From: Bacteriovoracia bacterium
GTDB taxonomy: Bacteria; Bdellovibrionota; UBA1018; JBFWNL01
Assembly: GCA_050251055.1 (NCBI GenBank)
Contig: JBFWNL010000008.1
Span: forward strand, 1 to 64,000
Direction: 5' to 3'
DNA length: 64,000 nucleotides
Shown here: one piece after another, positions 45,816 to 58,113 of the stretch
Position numbering within the stretch: the first letter of the stretch is position 1
Layout: each line of letters begins with the position of its first letter
Translations under genes and position numbers: made by a program
The notes under the pieces: model-generated
Told to the model about the DNA's origin: nothing
The model's database searches: none
What the model saw: only the letters and a program-made list of their open reading frames with translations

Positions 45816-48053
45816 TTACGCTGCAGACGAGGGTTCGGAGTCGCCGGAAGGCTTACCGCCGTCCGAATCACGGGGCGGGGGCGAAGACTGCAACTCGTTT
45901 ACCTTACGACGTAGCTTCACCACTTCTAGCTCGGACTGAGAGAGCGATCCTTGTAGCCGCTCCACTTCGCGCTTCTTGTCGACGGCGATGCGCATGGCCG
46001 CGTCGAGCTTGTTGCTCAGGTCCTTCGACTTGCCGACGTTCTGCGCGTTCTTCTTCTCCGCCTCCGTCAGCTTCTCCATCAGGTAGGAGTTGCGTTTCTT
46101 CGATTGCTCGATTTTCTTCTCGGTCTGCGTAACCTGATCTTGAAGCATGGCGTACTGCTCATGGGTAGGCCCCTGGTTACGCGCATCCCCGGCCGATTCC
46201 TTCAGTTCTTCGATTTTGGATTTCAGGTTCTTGTTCTCTTCCATGGCCGCGGTCAACTGCTGCTTGGTGAAGTTAAATTTCTTTTGGAAGTGTGCCTCGG
46301 TACCGGCGCCCTGGGCGGAGCTCTTCGCCCGCTCAAGGCTCATGGTGGTCTGCGTGAGCTGATCCTTGGCGCGCATCAAGGCGTTCGTCTTTTGCTTAAT
46401 TAACTCGTCACGGCGACGCAGCTCTTCCTGCAACGAACGCTCGCGATTTTTGAATTCGAGCTCTTTCTGGCGCACGGACAAGCTGACTTTTTTGGCCATC
46501 TCCTTGAGCTGCGAGCGTTCCGCCACCACGTCGGCCACCAAGCCGTCGACCCACTTCTTGGCCTTAGGACTTTGCAATTCGCGCTTTAAGTCCTCGACTT
46601 CTTTCTGGGCTGCCGTGAGTTTGCGGCTGACTTCTCCCTGATCCAGCTCGGTCATGAGATGCTTGGCCAGCAGTTTGGGATCGCTATCCGGGCTGACGGG
46701 AGTTTCCGGCGCTTCCGCCACTGGCGGGAGGGTCGCTTCGGCCGCGGCCGTAAGCTCGGCCACTTCCGGGGAAGTCGCGGCTCCGTCGTCCGTGGTCGCA
46801 ACCACCGTCGGCCCTGAAGTCGCCACCGCTTCGGTGGGCTCTTCTTTTCGCTTCTTAAATGGCCAAAGTTTTTTTAGGAATCCGCCTTCCGGTTTTCCTT
46901 CTGGCGCCGAGGGAGCCACGCGGGTCTCGGCCGAAGCCAGCTCTTCCTCAAGCGTAGCAATGCGTTGATTGAGGGCCATGATCTGATTGCGATAAAGTTG
47001 GGCCTGGGCTTCGGTCGAACCGCCAGCCGTAGCCTCTTCCCCTTGACCGCTGATTACGCGTTTTTCCTGGTTGGCTCCGAGGTCCTGCGCATCTCCCTTG
47101 ACCACGGTTTTGAAATCGTCGTCGGCCTCCGGGGGAGCCCCCTTTACGGTAACAGACGCCTCGCCTTCGACCGAGGCGGCACCCTTTACGACCGTCTTGG
47201 CTTGGCCGCGGGAATCCAACGCATCGGCCAGGGCCGTATCCTCATCCAACAATACCTTTTCGAATGGCGCGATCGCGGTGGCCACTTGTTCCGGGGTAGG
47301 ATCGCCGCCCTTCACGATCGTCTTTTCAGCGGCCTCCTGCGCCGGGCTCTTCGCCTTCACCAGGAGCTCGGAGAGCGGGGTTTCCTTCTTAGTGAATTTC
47401 ATCGGATCTTCTTTGAGCAGGTCCGCGTAGTTCAAATCCCCCAGCTCTTCGTACACGCCCGCCTGCGGCGTCGTTTCAGGGTCTTGGTGGAAGATCTGGA
47501 CATACACCCGTTCATCATCGGTTGCCTTGCGTCCTTCCGGCCAGTGCGGCACGGCGAGCAGGCTGACGAACTCCAGGCGCTTGAGACCTGGCTGGAAACG
47601 CACGACGAAGCGATCGGAGATATTTTTGAGATCCATCATCAGCGCTTCAAACGAGGATGCGGGCTTACCGGATTTGATCCGCTTTTCCAACGTCGCCGCG
47701 TCCAGCTTGATGGAGTCCGGCACGGTGAACGAGAGCCCAATGGCGAGTTTTTCGGAATCGATCCCACACTCGACGACCAAGGGTTCGTTAAGTTTCTTTC
47801 CGGAGTTCAGCTCGCTCTTTCCGTCGGCCACCTGCGGACGATAGCACTCGTAAACGATGTACATGAGGATCGATCGCAGGGCGAGCTCATCCACGCCCGC
47901 CTCGATCAGGCGCGCCGCCAACAAGTCGGATACTTTTCCGACCTGCTTGGGTGAATACAGGCTTTCGTAAAAGATGTGGCAACCCGTCTCCAGCAAGCCA
48001 GCGACGCCGAAGCTCTTCAGGGACCGTGGAGGGGTTTTGCCGAACTTATACAT
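45816..48053 (-). CDS. long coiled-coil hypothetical protein
   Basis: 745 aa; repeated TVVKG segments; heptad-rich C-terminal half. Confidence 0.8.
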   Translation of the reverse strand: MYKFGKTPPRSLKSFGVAGLLETGCHIFYESLYSPKQVGKVSDLLAARLIEAGVDELALRSILMYIVYECYRPQVADGKSELNSGKKLNEPLVVECGIDSEKLAIGLSFTVPDSIKLDAATLEKRIKSGKPASSFEALMMDLKNISDRFVVRFQPGLKRLEFVSLLAVPHWPEGRKATDDERVYVQIFHQDPETTPQAGVYEELGDLNYADLLKEDPMKFTKKETPLSELLVKAKSPAQEAAEKTIVKGGDPTPEQVATAIAPFEKVLLDEDTALADALDSRGQAKTVVKGAASVEGEASVTVKGAPPEADDDFKTVVKGDAQDLGANQEKRVISGQGEEATAGGSTEAQAQLYRNQIMALNQRIATLEEELASAETRVAPSAPEGKPEGGFLKKLWPFKKRKEEPTEAVATSGPTVVATTDDGAATSPEVAELTAAAEATLPPVAEAPETPVSPDSDPKLLAKHLMTELDQGEVSRKLTAAQKEVEDLKRELQSPKAKKWVDGLVADVVAERSQLKEMAKKVSLSVRQKELEFKNRERSLQEELRRRDELIKQKTNALMRAKDQLTQTTMSLERAKSSAQGAGTEAHFQKKFNFTKQQLTAAMEENKNLKSKIEELKESAGDARNQGPTHEQYAMLQDQVTQTEKKIEQSKKRNSYLMEKLTEAEKKNAQNVGKSKDLSNKLDAAMRIAVDKKREVERLQGSLSQSELEVVKLRRKVNELQSSPPPRDSDGGKPSGDSEPSSAA

Positions 48054-48867
48054 CGACGAAGCCTTTCTCGCCGAAGATCGACGGGGCTTCGAAGGCGGGG
48101 TCTAAGAGCTGCTCGCCCACGCGCTTGAACTTGTTTTCTAATTTTTGGCCGATACGGGTTGAAAAGCGGGTCAAGGCCGCGCTGGAGATAGATTCCGTCG
48201 GGGCATCCAACGGAATAGCCTCGTTCACGAGCTCGATGAGCTCTTCGACTTCGCCCCGCACGACGTTCGCCAGGCCTTTCGCCGTTTCACGGAACACGCG
48301 ACGGCGGAGGTCATTCAAGAAATCCTGATCGCAATACCCCACGTGCAAAGCCAGAAAGACAGCGAGGCTCGAGCGAAAGATTCCCGCTTCGAAACGGCGT
48401 ACGCTGTTTTCCCGGGCCATCATCATCTGTTCGCGCGCTATCGGGTCGCAAAGCTCGTCGACGAAAAAGGAGAGGAAAAATGGCTCGATCGCGAGATCTT
48501 TCGACCAGAGCGGGCCCGTGAGCTTCAGCATCGTGTCCGAAAGCTCGAACGGTGCCGGCGGCAGTGGAACCTGCGGGTAACTCACCTTGCCGCTCACGTA
48601 CGTGTGGTCGCCCTTGGGCTGCGGGATCCAACCGAGTACGGCGCGCGCCCGCGTGGCCGCCTCGCGAAACGGCGCGATCGTGTCGACAAAATCCGTCACG
48701 TAGAAGCTTTCGTAAATTTGGAGACGCTCCAATTCTTCGGGCAAAAAGAAATCGAGCGGACCCTTGATCGAGATGAATTTCTGATTGAGGCGGAGATAAA
48801 CGTAAACGGGGGACGGGACGAGGGCGTAGGGCTTCATGTCCCGAATGGGTAGACGACGCAACTGCAT
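48046..48867 (-). CDS. hypothetical protein
   Basis: 273 aa; overlaps the next gene by 8 bp; no intact catalytic motif seen. Confidence 0.75.
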   Translation of the reverse strand: MQLRRLPIRDMKPYALVPSPVYVYLRLNQKFISIKGPLDFFLPEELERLQIYESFYVTDFVDTIAPFREAATRARAVLGWIPQPKGDHTYVSGKVSYPQVPLPPAPFELSDTMLKLTGPLWSKDLAIEPFFLSFFVDELCDPIAREQMMMARENSVRRFEAGIFRSSLAVFLALHVGYCDQDFLNDLRRRVFRETAKGLANVVRGEVEELIELVNEAIPLDAPTESISSAALTRFSTRIGQKLENKFKRVGEQLLDPAFEAPSIFGEKGFVDV

Positions 48868-49108
48868 CGCGGCTTCATTTGGAAGCTTCCTACGGGAAAA
48901 CTGCGTAGAGTTCCCCTCCTTTCCTTACTCCACTATTCGGCTAATTCTCTAGGGAAGTTAAAGACTTGAGAAAGAAGCGACGGAAAATCGCGGGCGCGGC
49001 GGGCGGTCTTCGTCAACGAAACGACGCTACACGGAATTAGCTGGGAATTTCGCTCCCAGATTCAAGAAAGCTTCAAGCAAGCCGTCAAAACATCGACACG
49101 AATCGGTG

Positions 49109-50082
49109 TCACGCTTCGGCGTAGTGACAAGAGACGACGTGCGGAACGTCACCCACCTGACGCAGCTCGGGCCGGTCCACCCGGCAGTTATCACGCGCGA
49201 TCGGGCAGCGCGGGTTGAAATGGCATCCGCTCGGCGGCTGAATCGGAGACGGTACATCCCCGCGCAGGATGATCCGCTCGCGTTTGCGGTCGGGATCCGG
49301 CACCGGGATCGCCGAGAGCAGCGCCTTCGTATAGGGGTGCTTCGGATTCGCATACAGCTCGTCTGCGTCGGCGAGCTCGACGATCTTGCCAAGGTACATC
49401 ACGGCGACCCGGGTGGAGATGTGCTCCACCACCTTCAGGTCGTGCGCGATGAAAAGATAGGTCAAGCCCAGATCCTTCTGCAGATCCTGCATCAGGTTGA
49501 TGATTTGGGCCTGAATCGAGACATCCAAAGCCGAGACGGGCTCGTCGCAGACGATGAACTCCGGTTCGACGGCGAGTGCGCGCGCGATGCTGATGCGTTG
49601 GCGCTGCCCCCCCGAGAACTCGTGCGGATACCGGGTCAAGGCCTCACGGCGCAAGCCGCAAAGATCCAGCAGCTCGAGCACGCGTTTCTTGCGGTCGGAG
49701 CGAGTCGCGCACAGTCCGTGAATATCAAGCGGTTCGCCGATGATTTCCTGTACGGTCATGCGCGGATTCAACGACGCGTAAGGATCCTGGAAAATGATCT
49801 GCATGTGGCGCCGAAGCTTGCGCAGCTCGCCCACGCCCAAGCGCGTGACGTCCTGGCCCTTGAAGGTGACGGTTCCAGCGGTGGGCTCGATCAACCGCAG
49901 GATGCAACGACCGAGCGTGGACTTTCCGCAGCCGCTTTCCCCCACCAGACCCAGGGTCTCGCCTTTTTTTATCTCAAAGCTCACGTCGCTCACCGCCTGC
50001 ACGGCCGCGACTTCGCGAGAAAGTATGCCCCCCTTAATGGGAAAGCGCTTCACGAGATTCCGTACGGACAGCAGGACTTCGC

Positions 50083-50086
<4 letters not shown>
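49109..50086 (-). CDS. oppF: oligopeptide ABC transporter ATP-binding protein
   Basis: [30 protein letters not shown]; start MSEVLL. Confidence 0.93.
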
Positions 50087-51165
<1,079 letters not shown>

Positions 51166-51178
51166 CTCTGCTGGTATC

Positions 51179-52075
51179 CTACTTGAGTTTGGGGTCCAAC
51201 GCATCCCGTAACGCGTCCCCGAAAATATTGAAAGCGAGCACCAGAAAGAACATGGCGATCGTCGCCCCCGAAAGTTGCCACCACACGCCCTGCGCCAGCT
51301 CCTGGCGGGCGTCGTCGATCATCACGCCCCAGCTAGGCTGCCCCTGCACGCCCAGCCCCAGGTAGGACAAGATCACTTCCGATTTGATCGCTGACTGGAA
51401 CAGCAACGAGAAATAAATGATGATCTGGTGCGAGACGTTAGGCAGAATATGCTTAAAAATGCGGGAACGGTGGCTGGCGCCCAGGCTGGTCGCGGCCATC
51501 ACGTATTCGCGGTGCTTATGCTTGATTACCTCGCCGCGAATCACGCGCGCGAGTCCCACCCAAGACGTAATACCCAACGACACGTAGATGGCGAACATAC
51601 CTTTGCCCAAGGCAAAGGCCGTAGCCACGATCAGCATGATGCCTGGGATGGAGGCGAGCGTCGTATAAAACCAAACCACCAGATCGTCGATCCAGCCCCC
51701 GAAGTAACCCCCGATCGCGCCTAAAGTGACGCCAATGGGAATACTGATCAGGCAGGTGACTAAACCCACGCTCATCGCCACGCGCGCGCCGTGGATGACC
51801 TTCAGTAGGACGCTGCGGCCAAAGATATCGGTGCCCATCCAATGCAGGTAACTTTCGCCCGAGGGGGGGGCGTACCCCTTCATGATCGCCTGATCCCACT
51901 GGGCGCCGACAATTCCGAACTTGGCTAAAATCGCGATGACCGCATAAATGACAATGATCGCGAAACAAAGCATCGCGAACTTATCCCTCCGCAGCCGAAG
52001 GCTAGCATCCTTCCAAAGGCTACGGCCTTTCGGCGCGGCTACATTCGTAGTGACGGTAGCGGTCGCGGCCGTCAT
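51179..52075 (-). CDS. oppC: oligopeptide ABC transporter permease
   Basis: [27 protein letters not shown]. Confidence 0.93.
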   Translation of the reverse strand: MTAATATVTTNVAAPKGRSLWKDASLRLRRDKFAMLCFAIIVIYAVIAILAKFGIVGAQWDQAIMKGYAPPSGESYLHWMGTDIFGRSVLLKVIHGARVAMSVGLVTCLISIPIGVTLGAIGGYFGGWIDDLVVWFYTTLASIPGIMLIVATAFALGKGMFAIYVSLGITSWVGLARVIRGEVIKHKHREYVMAATSLGASHRSRIFKHILPNVSHQIIIYFSLLFQSAIKSEVILSYLGLGVQGQPSWGVMIDDARQELAQGVWWQLSGATIAMFFLVLAFNIFGDALRDALDPKLK

Positions 52076-53007
52076 TTGAGGCTCACCCGCGGATCCACGA
52101 CCGAATAAAGCATATCCGTGGCGATGTTACCGATGATGTTTAAAAGCGAGTAAATCGTGGTCATGGCCTTTAACACCGCGAAGTCGCTATTGTGCACGGC
52201 CTCGACCGTGATGCTCCCCAGTCCGGGGATACCGAAGTAATTCTCCAAAAGAAGCGTGCCCAGGATCAGGAACGGAATCTCGATCACGGTGAATGTGATG
52301 ATCGGGATCATGCTGTTTTTCAGCACGTGCTTAAAGAATACCACGCGATCGGACACGCCCTTGGCACGCGCGGTCCGCACATAATCCTGGCTCGTTTCGT
52401 CCAGAATCGCCGTTCGAAAAAAGCGCACGTCGACACCAATGCCGATCATGACGTAAATAATCACCGGCAACGCGATGAACTGCAGGAAATCCGGAAAGTG
52501 CGGCTCATACCCCGAGATCGGAAACCAGCCTAGCTTGAAGGCGAAGTAATATTGTCCGAACAAAATGAACGCGAGCGACGAAATACTCATTCCCGCCACG
52601 CAAAGCACGATCCCCACCTTATCGATCCAACGGCCCCGGTAATACGAAACCAAAAGCGCGATGCTGATCGCGATCAGGATGTTAATCAAGAACGCCGGCA
52701 CCGTCAGGCTTAACGAAGGGCCGATGCCGTTCCAAATCATGGTGCTGATTTCCTCCCGGCTGCGATAACTGCGGCCGTAGTCGAAAGTCACGATCTGCTT
52801 ACAGTAATGCAGGAACTGCATGTACTTCGGCTGGTCAAAGCCCAACTCGTGGCGTAGCTCGGCGACCTTCTCGACCGTCGCGTATTTGCCGAGCATCGTA
52901 TAGACCGGATCACCGCCCACCAGGTGAAAGAGCGTAAAAACGATCAAAGCGACGCCGAACACGATAGGGATCGTGTAAAGCAGACGTCGAAGCAAGTAGA
53001 CGAGCAT
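52072..53007 (-). CDS. oppB: oligopeptide ABC transporter permease
   Basis: YLLRRL, DYVRTARAKG, YSVVDPRV. Confidence 0.93.
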   Translation of the reverse strand: MLVYLLRRLLYTIPIVFGVALIVFTLFHLVGGDPVYTMLGKYATVEKVAELRHELGFDQPKYMQFLHYCKQIVTFDYGRSYRSREEISTMIWNGIGPSLSLTVPAFLINILIAISIALLVSYYRGRWIDKVGIVLCVAGMSISSLAFILFGQYYFAFKLGWFPISGYEPHFPDFLQFIALPVIIYVMIGIGVDVRFFRTAILDETSQDYVRTARAKGVSDRVVFFKHVLKNSMIPIITFTVIEIPFLILGTLLLENYFGIPGLGSITVEAVHNSDFAVLKAMTTIYSLLNIIGNIATDMLYSVVDPRVSLK

Positions 53008-53027
53008 CGCGCGGAGTCCCGGTTAAG

Positions 53028-54818
53028 TTAGGTGCCTTGGGCCTTCTTACGCGCTTCCGCGTCGACCCGCAGGTACTTCACCGCCGTGTGATCGAACTGG
53101 TGCATCTTGTAATTCTTCAACCATCCGTAGTGCAAAGCGTACGTCCGACGGTGGGCGCCGAAAATCCAAGGGCAGTCCTCCACCAGGATCGCGACCATCT
53201 TCTTGTAGATGGCCGTGCGCTCGGGCGTATCCGCCAGCAGCAAAGCCTGGTCGTAAAGCTTGTCGTACTCGGGATTCGAGTAATTCGAATCGTTCGGGCC
53301 GGGCGACATGTTCTTGCTATAAAAAAGCTGCAGGAAGTTCTCGGCGTCTGGATAGTCGGCGCTCCAAGCGAAGCCGTACATCTGGCCCTTGCGGTTCTTG
53401 ATCGCTTCGTTGAACTCTGGCCAGCTCATCGAGTTCACTTTGAGCTTCACGCCGATTTCGGCGAAGGCCTTCTGGGTGTATTCGGTGAATTGGCGCGCCG
53501 TCGTGCTGGAGGTCGTGTTGTACTCAATCGGCGGCAACCCCTTGCCTTCGGGGTAGCCGGCCTTAGCCAAGGTTTCCTTCGCCTTCGTCAGGTTGAATTG
53601 GCGGTACGGGTTCTTGAACTTTTCGTCGTAACCCGACAGGCCCGGCGGGATCGGCCCCTGGGCGGGGATCGCGCGGCCGTTATAAAAAATCTCGATCAAC
53701 GGCTCGATATTGAGCGCGTAGCTCAAAGCTTGGCGCAGGAGCTTGTTCTTACCGAAGAGCGGGTCGGTCATATTGAAGCTTTCGTGAGTGACTTCCAGAT
53801 CCACGTTTACCTGCAGCTTCATTCCCTTCGCCTTCAGCTCGTCCGTCAGATCCTTCGACGGGGTAATGGCCTGTGCGAAGCTGTCCTTGGGGATGCCGGA
53901 AACATCGACTTTACCGGCGAGGAAGTTCAGCCACATCGGCTGGCTTTCCACGTAGACGGTGGCCACGATCTTGTCGACGAACGGCAGGCGCTTGCCGGCA
54001 TCATCCAGCAATCCCGCTTCCTTGTCGCCTGGCGCGCCTTCCGTGGGATAGGTGTTCACGCGGTACGTGGGGTTACGCTCCCAAACGAGCTTCGCGCCCA
54101 GATTCGACTGATTGCGAACCAAGCGGAACGGTCCGGTGCCCACCGGGTTGCGGATAAAATCGGCTCCGTACATCTCGACGGCTTCGCGCGGGACGACCAT
54201 CGAGAACGGCATCGCGAGGTAATAAAGAAACTGGGTCGAGCGATTCTTCAGCTGAATCTGAAGCGTATAATTGTCGATCGCCTTCAAGCCTTCGATCGGC
54301 TTGTCGTAATCCGCCTTGCCCGCGGCCTTCGCGGCATCCGCCCATTCGTTCAAACCGACGATGCGGCCATCGAAAATCCACCAGCCTTCGGAGAGCTCCT
54401 TGGGGTCGGCAAGGCGCTTGAAGCTATATACGAAGTCATGCGCAGTGAGCTCGCGTCCCTTACCCTGCGTCGCCTTGAAGCAGGGATCGTCTTGGAAGAG
54501 CACCCCCTTACGGATCTTGAAGGTGATCGTCTTACCGTCCTTGCTAATCGTCGGTATCGCTTCGGCGAGGCTCGGCGACAGCTTATAGGGACGAATGAGA
54601 TAATGAAAGTCGAGCAGGCTTTCGTACGCGTACCCCACCTGACGGCCGGCGTACAGATCGCTCGCGTGGGCGGGATCCAGGCCCTTGATCTTTTCAATGA
54701 TCGCGACATTCAGGGTGTTCTCCCCCGCGTTGCCGGCACCGTCTCCCTTTTTTTGACAGCCGGTAGCCACGGCGAACGCCAGAAATGCGGTCATCAGAAT
54801 AGTAAAATTGCGAGTCAT
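53028..54818 (-). CDS. oppA: peptide ABC transporter substrate-binding lipoprotein
   Basis: ATGC lipobox; SBP family 5 motifs (PSLAE, TAHDFVYS, PVGTGPF, WSADYPD). Confidence 0.9.
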   Translation of the reverse strand: MTRNFTILMTAFLAFAVATGCQKKGDGAGNAGENTLNVAIIEKIKGLDPAHASDLYAGRQVGYAYESLLDFHYLIRPYKLSPSLAEAIPTISKDGKTITFKIRKGVLFQDDPCFKATQGKGRELTAHDFVYSFKRLADPKELSEGWWIFDGRIVGLNEWADAAKAAGKADYDKPIEGLKAIDNYTLQIQLKNRSTQFLYYLAMPFSMVVPREAVEMYGADFIRNPVGTGPFRLVRNQSNLGAKLVWERNPTYRVNTYPTEGAPGDKEAGLLDDAGKRLPFVDKIVATVYVESQPMWLNFLAGKVDVSGIPKDSFAQAITPSKDLTDELKAKGMKLQVNVDLEVTHESFNMTDPLFGKNKLLRQALSYALNIEPLIEIFYNGRAIPAQGPIPPGLSGYDEKFKNPYRQFNLTKAKETLAKAGYPEGKGLPPIEYNTTSSTTARQFTEYTQKAFAEIGVKLKVNSMSWPEFNEAIKNRKGQMYGFAWSADYPDAENFLQLFYSKNMSPGPNDSNYSNPEYDKLYDQALLLADTPERTAIYKKMVAILVEDCPWIFGAHRRTYALHYGWLKNYKMHQFDHTAVKYLRVDAEARKKAQGT

Positions 54819-54960
54819 GTTGGCCCCCGAAAAGTTGCCCCGTAAATTAAAATGAACCCGGCGATAGTAACCTGGAAGATAAAGAGAAACAAGGAACTGA
54901 TGCATAGCGCCACAGAATATGACGCTTAGCTAAACCGATTCTTTCGCCGATCGAATCGCC

Positions 54961-55641
54961 TCAGGGCTGATGCGTGCGACTCCGCCACCGCGTCTTCACC
55001 TGGCCGAGCTCCGAGATCGCCTCCCACTGTAACGGGCTGCGCGTTTCCGGTTCCGGATTGAAAAACTCGAACTTCACCGCACGCCCGGTCGCGGTGTCTA
55101 CCCACTCGAGCCGCTCCGGCCAAGCCTTACCAGCGTACTCCCGAAACCGGTAAACGAAACGCTCTCCTTCATATTCAGCGACGAGGCCATCCGCTCCGTC
55201 CGCTTCAAGCTTAGTCTTCGCGCCCGCGGGAGGGCATGGAACCCTGCCAATAAAAAGGTCGGTCGCCCAACGCAAAGGGATCCCCCCCCAGTGATCCTGG
55301 CCCCTGCGCGAGCGTTCTGGCTCCTTAGGGACGTTGAGCTCGAACACGTTCCCACGTACCCGGATATGCGCTTCCGTCCCTCCCAATAGGTTCGTCACTT
55401 CCATATCTAGCTGACCCGGCACCACGGCCTTGGCGGAAGCCGGAAATTTACCCGAGGCCTCCGGCGAACTGGCCTGAATCCAAAGCTGTCCCGAGGCACT
55501 TTTCAGCTGGCGACCCGGCTCGCAGGCACGCTCAAAAAGCAGCTGGGCGTTACCTTGTTCTTTCAGGGGAGTGTGGGCGCAGCCCGAGAGGAGAAGCAAC
55601 CCGCAAGCAAACCCAGAGGAAGCGGTGAAAACACGGCGCAT
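54961..55641 (-). CDS. LolB-like/hypothetical lipoprotein
   Basis: LSGC lipobox; follows a TPR gene as lolB does in Proteobacteria; GIPL..W motif. Confidence 0.6.
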   Translation of the reverse strand: MRRVFTASSGFACGLLLLSGCAHTPLKEQGNAQLLFERACEPGRQLKSASGQLWIQASSPEASGKFPASAKAVVPGQLDMEVTNLLGGTEAHIRVRGNVFELNVPKEPERSRRGQDHWGGIPLRWATDLFIGRVPCPPAGAKTKLEADGADGLVAEYEGERFVYRFREYAGKAWPERLEWVDTATGRAVKFEFFNPEPETRSPLQWEAISELGQVKTRWRSRTHQP

Positions 55642-55705
55642 CCGCTCTCTTTCTCACGCGAATTCCCGGATGGCTAGCCGAGATTCCTCTCGGCGACAGT
55701 ACCTA

Positions 55706-57595
55706 TTAGTTGGCGGACGACGGCGCGGGGGCCGTTGGTACCACAACCGGAGTCTCCGTCACCGCAGTCTTACCCTGGGCCGGGGCGCGACCCGTACCAC
55801 GGGGATCGAAGCCGTTGGCGCGCGCGATCTCCATCTTCACGGTGTCGATTTTGCCTTCGAGCTTGGCTTTCAACTCTTGGTCCGTCGTCATGCTGGCGGC
55901 GGTGCGGTACTGCTCGAGCCCCTTTTCGCGCAGATTCGCCTTCACGTAGGCGTCGCCTAGGTGATCCATGATCGTGGGTTCCTCGGGTTTGAGCTTCACG
56001 GCGCGCTCGAGCTCGACGATGGATTCCGTCACGCGTCCTTGCACGAATAAGTGCCAGCCCCAGCTGTCGACGATGTAGCCATTGTCGGGCTTCAACGCCA
56101 AAGCTTTCTTCAACAGCTTTTCCGCGTCGTTCATACGCCGGCCCTGTAGCGTCCACGTATAGCCGATGTAGTTGAGCGCGTCGGCGTTATCCGGGTTCTG
56201 GGTCAGGATCGTCTCCATATGGTAGAGGCTCTTCTCGATCTTGCCTTGGCGATCGTACAGGCTGCCCAGGTAATAGCGCATCTTTTCGTGCGTGGGGAAT
56301 TTGTCCACACCGTCTTCGAGTACTTTCACCGCCGCTTCCAGCCGGTTTTCTTCTTCCTCGATACTCGCGATAAAAATGTGAAACGAGGCGATCTTCGGCG
56401 CTTTCTTGAGCGCGTCCTCGACGTAGCTGCGTGCATCGGAAACCTGATTGGCCTGCTTCATCAAGAAGGCCACGTGCAGGGTGGATTCTTCGTACAAAGT
56501 GGAAGCCGGCGGAATCTGTTTGAGTTCGGCGATGGCCTCCGAGAACTGCTTGCGCTCTTCGTAGATGCTACCCAGATAATAGTGAATGCGCTCGGAGTCG
56601 GGGTGCTTGGCGAGCACGGCCTTGAACGTGGCGATCGCCTTGTCGAATTGCTTAAGCTCCATCTGGACCAAACCCAGCTTCACCGAAGCGTTCAAGTTGT
56701 CGGGATCTCCCGCCTTCACGGCCTCCAGATACGGCACCGCTTCTTTGTACTTTTCTTCCTTTAGGAAGATCGTAGCGAGGCGATTCGCCGCACTGAGATC
56801 CTGCGCATCATCGTAGAGGTCCCGGTAAACCTTCATCGCCGCCGCGTTCATTTGTTTGGACTCATACAGCAAGCCCAACGCGAGCGCGGCTTGCGAAAAA
56901 CCTTCCCGCAATTCGAGTGCCTTCTTAAAGGAAACCACGGCGGGCTTGAAATGATCCTGATGCTGCTCCGCAAGGCCGTTGTAGTACCAAACGGTGGCGG
57001 AATTCGGGTTGATCTTGAGGAATGCCTGGACCGCCTTGGAGGCTTCCTGAACGCGATCGTCCTCCATCAGCACCGAAGCCTTGTAGATCACCGCCTCCTC
57101 ATGCTTCGGATCGTCCTTCAAAATGCGGTTATATTCCGCGAGTGCCAGATCATTTTGGCGCGCCGACGAATAAAGTCCCGCGAGCATCAGCCGCGCGTCA
57201 GTATATTTTGGATCGAGCTTCAACGCATTCTGACAAGACTCCATTGCGGGCGAAAGTAAGCCTTTTTTCACGTATTCTGCTGCAAGTCTTGCGTGCAGAA
57301 GCGCCGAGCCGGGATCGAACAGGATCGCCAATTTGTACTCTTCGATGGCGCGGTCGGTATTGCCTTCCTGGGAATATGCTTGGGCAAGGCCGAAGTGATG
57401 CTCGGCGTTGGTCGTCGTGTTACGCCAAGCCTGCTCGGTGTTTTTTCTCGCCTGAGCCATAACATCTCCCTCTTTTTGAGTGGGAGCAGGCTCCGGTGTG
57501 TTCGGTGTCGGCTGAATTGGTTTACTCGCACACGCAGCGGCAAGTATTGCAATCCCTGCAATATGAAGAATCGTAGCTTGAGATGCTTTAACCAT
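55706..57595 (-). CDS. tetratricopeptide repeat lipoprotein
   Basis: LAAC lipobox; many TPRs; ALNYIGY, YIVDSWGW, DHLGDAY. Confidence 0.9.
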   Translation of the reverse strand: MVKASQATILHIAGIAILAAACASKPIQPTPNTPEPAPTQKEGDVMAQARKNTEQAWRNTTTNAEHHFGLAQAYSQEGNTDRAIEEYKLAILFDPGSALLHARLAAEYVKKGLLSPAMESCQNALKLDPKYTDARLMLAGLYSSARQNDLALAEYNRILKDDPKHEEAVIYKASVLMEDDRVQEASKAVQAFLKINPNSATVWYYNGLAEQHQDHFKPAVVSFKKALELREGFSQAALALGLLYESKQMNAAAMKVYRDLYDDAQDLSAANRLATIFLKEEKYKEAVPYLEAVKAGDPDNLNASVKLGLVQMELKQFDKAIATFKAVLAKHPDSERIHYYLGSIYEERKQFSEAIAELKQIPPASTLYEESTLHVAFLMKQANQVSDARSYVEDALKKAPKIASFHIFIASIEEEENRLEAAVKVLEDGVDKFPTHEKMRYYLGSLYDRQGKIEKSLYHMETILTQNPDNADALNYIGYTWTLQGRRMNDAEKLLKKALALKPDNGYIVDSWGWHLFVQGRVTESIVELERAVKLKPEEPTIMDHLGDAYVKANLREKGLEQYRTAASMTTDQELKAKLEGKIDTVKMEIARANGFDPRGTGRAPAQGKTAVTETPVVVPTAPAPSSAN

Positions 57596-58113
57596 CTGGA
57601 ATCACTTCCTTCCAAACGACGCATCGACTTTCTCTAGAAAAAACTAAAATCGGTCTCAAAACTGGCATGAAAAAATAATGCGGGGTGTAGAATTCTTGAC
57701 TTGCAACTAAAAAAATCACCAAAATCGGCTCTAGGACTTGATTTTCAGTCGATTTAAGAACATCAATTTATTCAATGCGTTATGTCTGTTTTTTAGGCGA
57801 AAAAAAGTTTGTCGCGGCAGGCTTGACTTTGGTGCAGCGAGTTGCTACCTAGCTATGTGAGCCGTTATGACACGTAGTGGCATACGCTGGTGGCGCGAGG
57901 CTTATGAGAGAGATGAGCGTCACATAACAACAGCGGCTGCTATGTAGGTCTAGGTTTACTAAGACTATGTGGGGGGGAATCCCACGGGCTGGTAGGCATA
58001 GTTTGGCTGAGGAGAGAGAGACAAATGAGACATCTGGGTGGCTGCTGCAAAAGTCTGTTCCCTTCTATCCGAATGAACGCTTATCGGTGTTTAACTCAGA
58101 ACTAGGGGGAACT

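Noticed and set aside
53037-54845. 602-aa + strand ORF, and similar long ORFs opposite fadE, oppF and the M4 peptidase
   Set aside because: Antisense shadows of well-supported genes in GC-rich DNA
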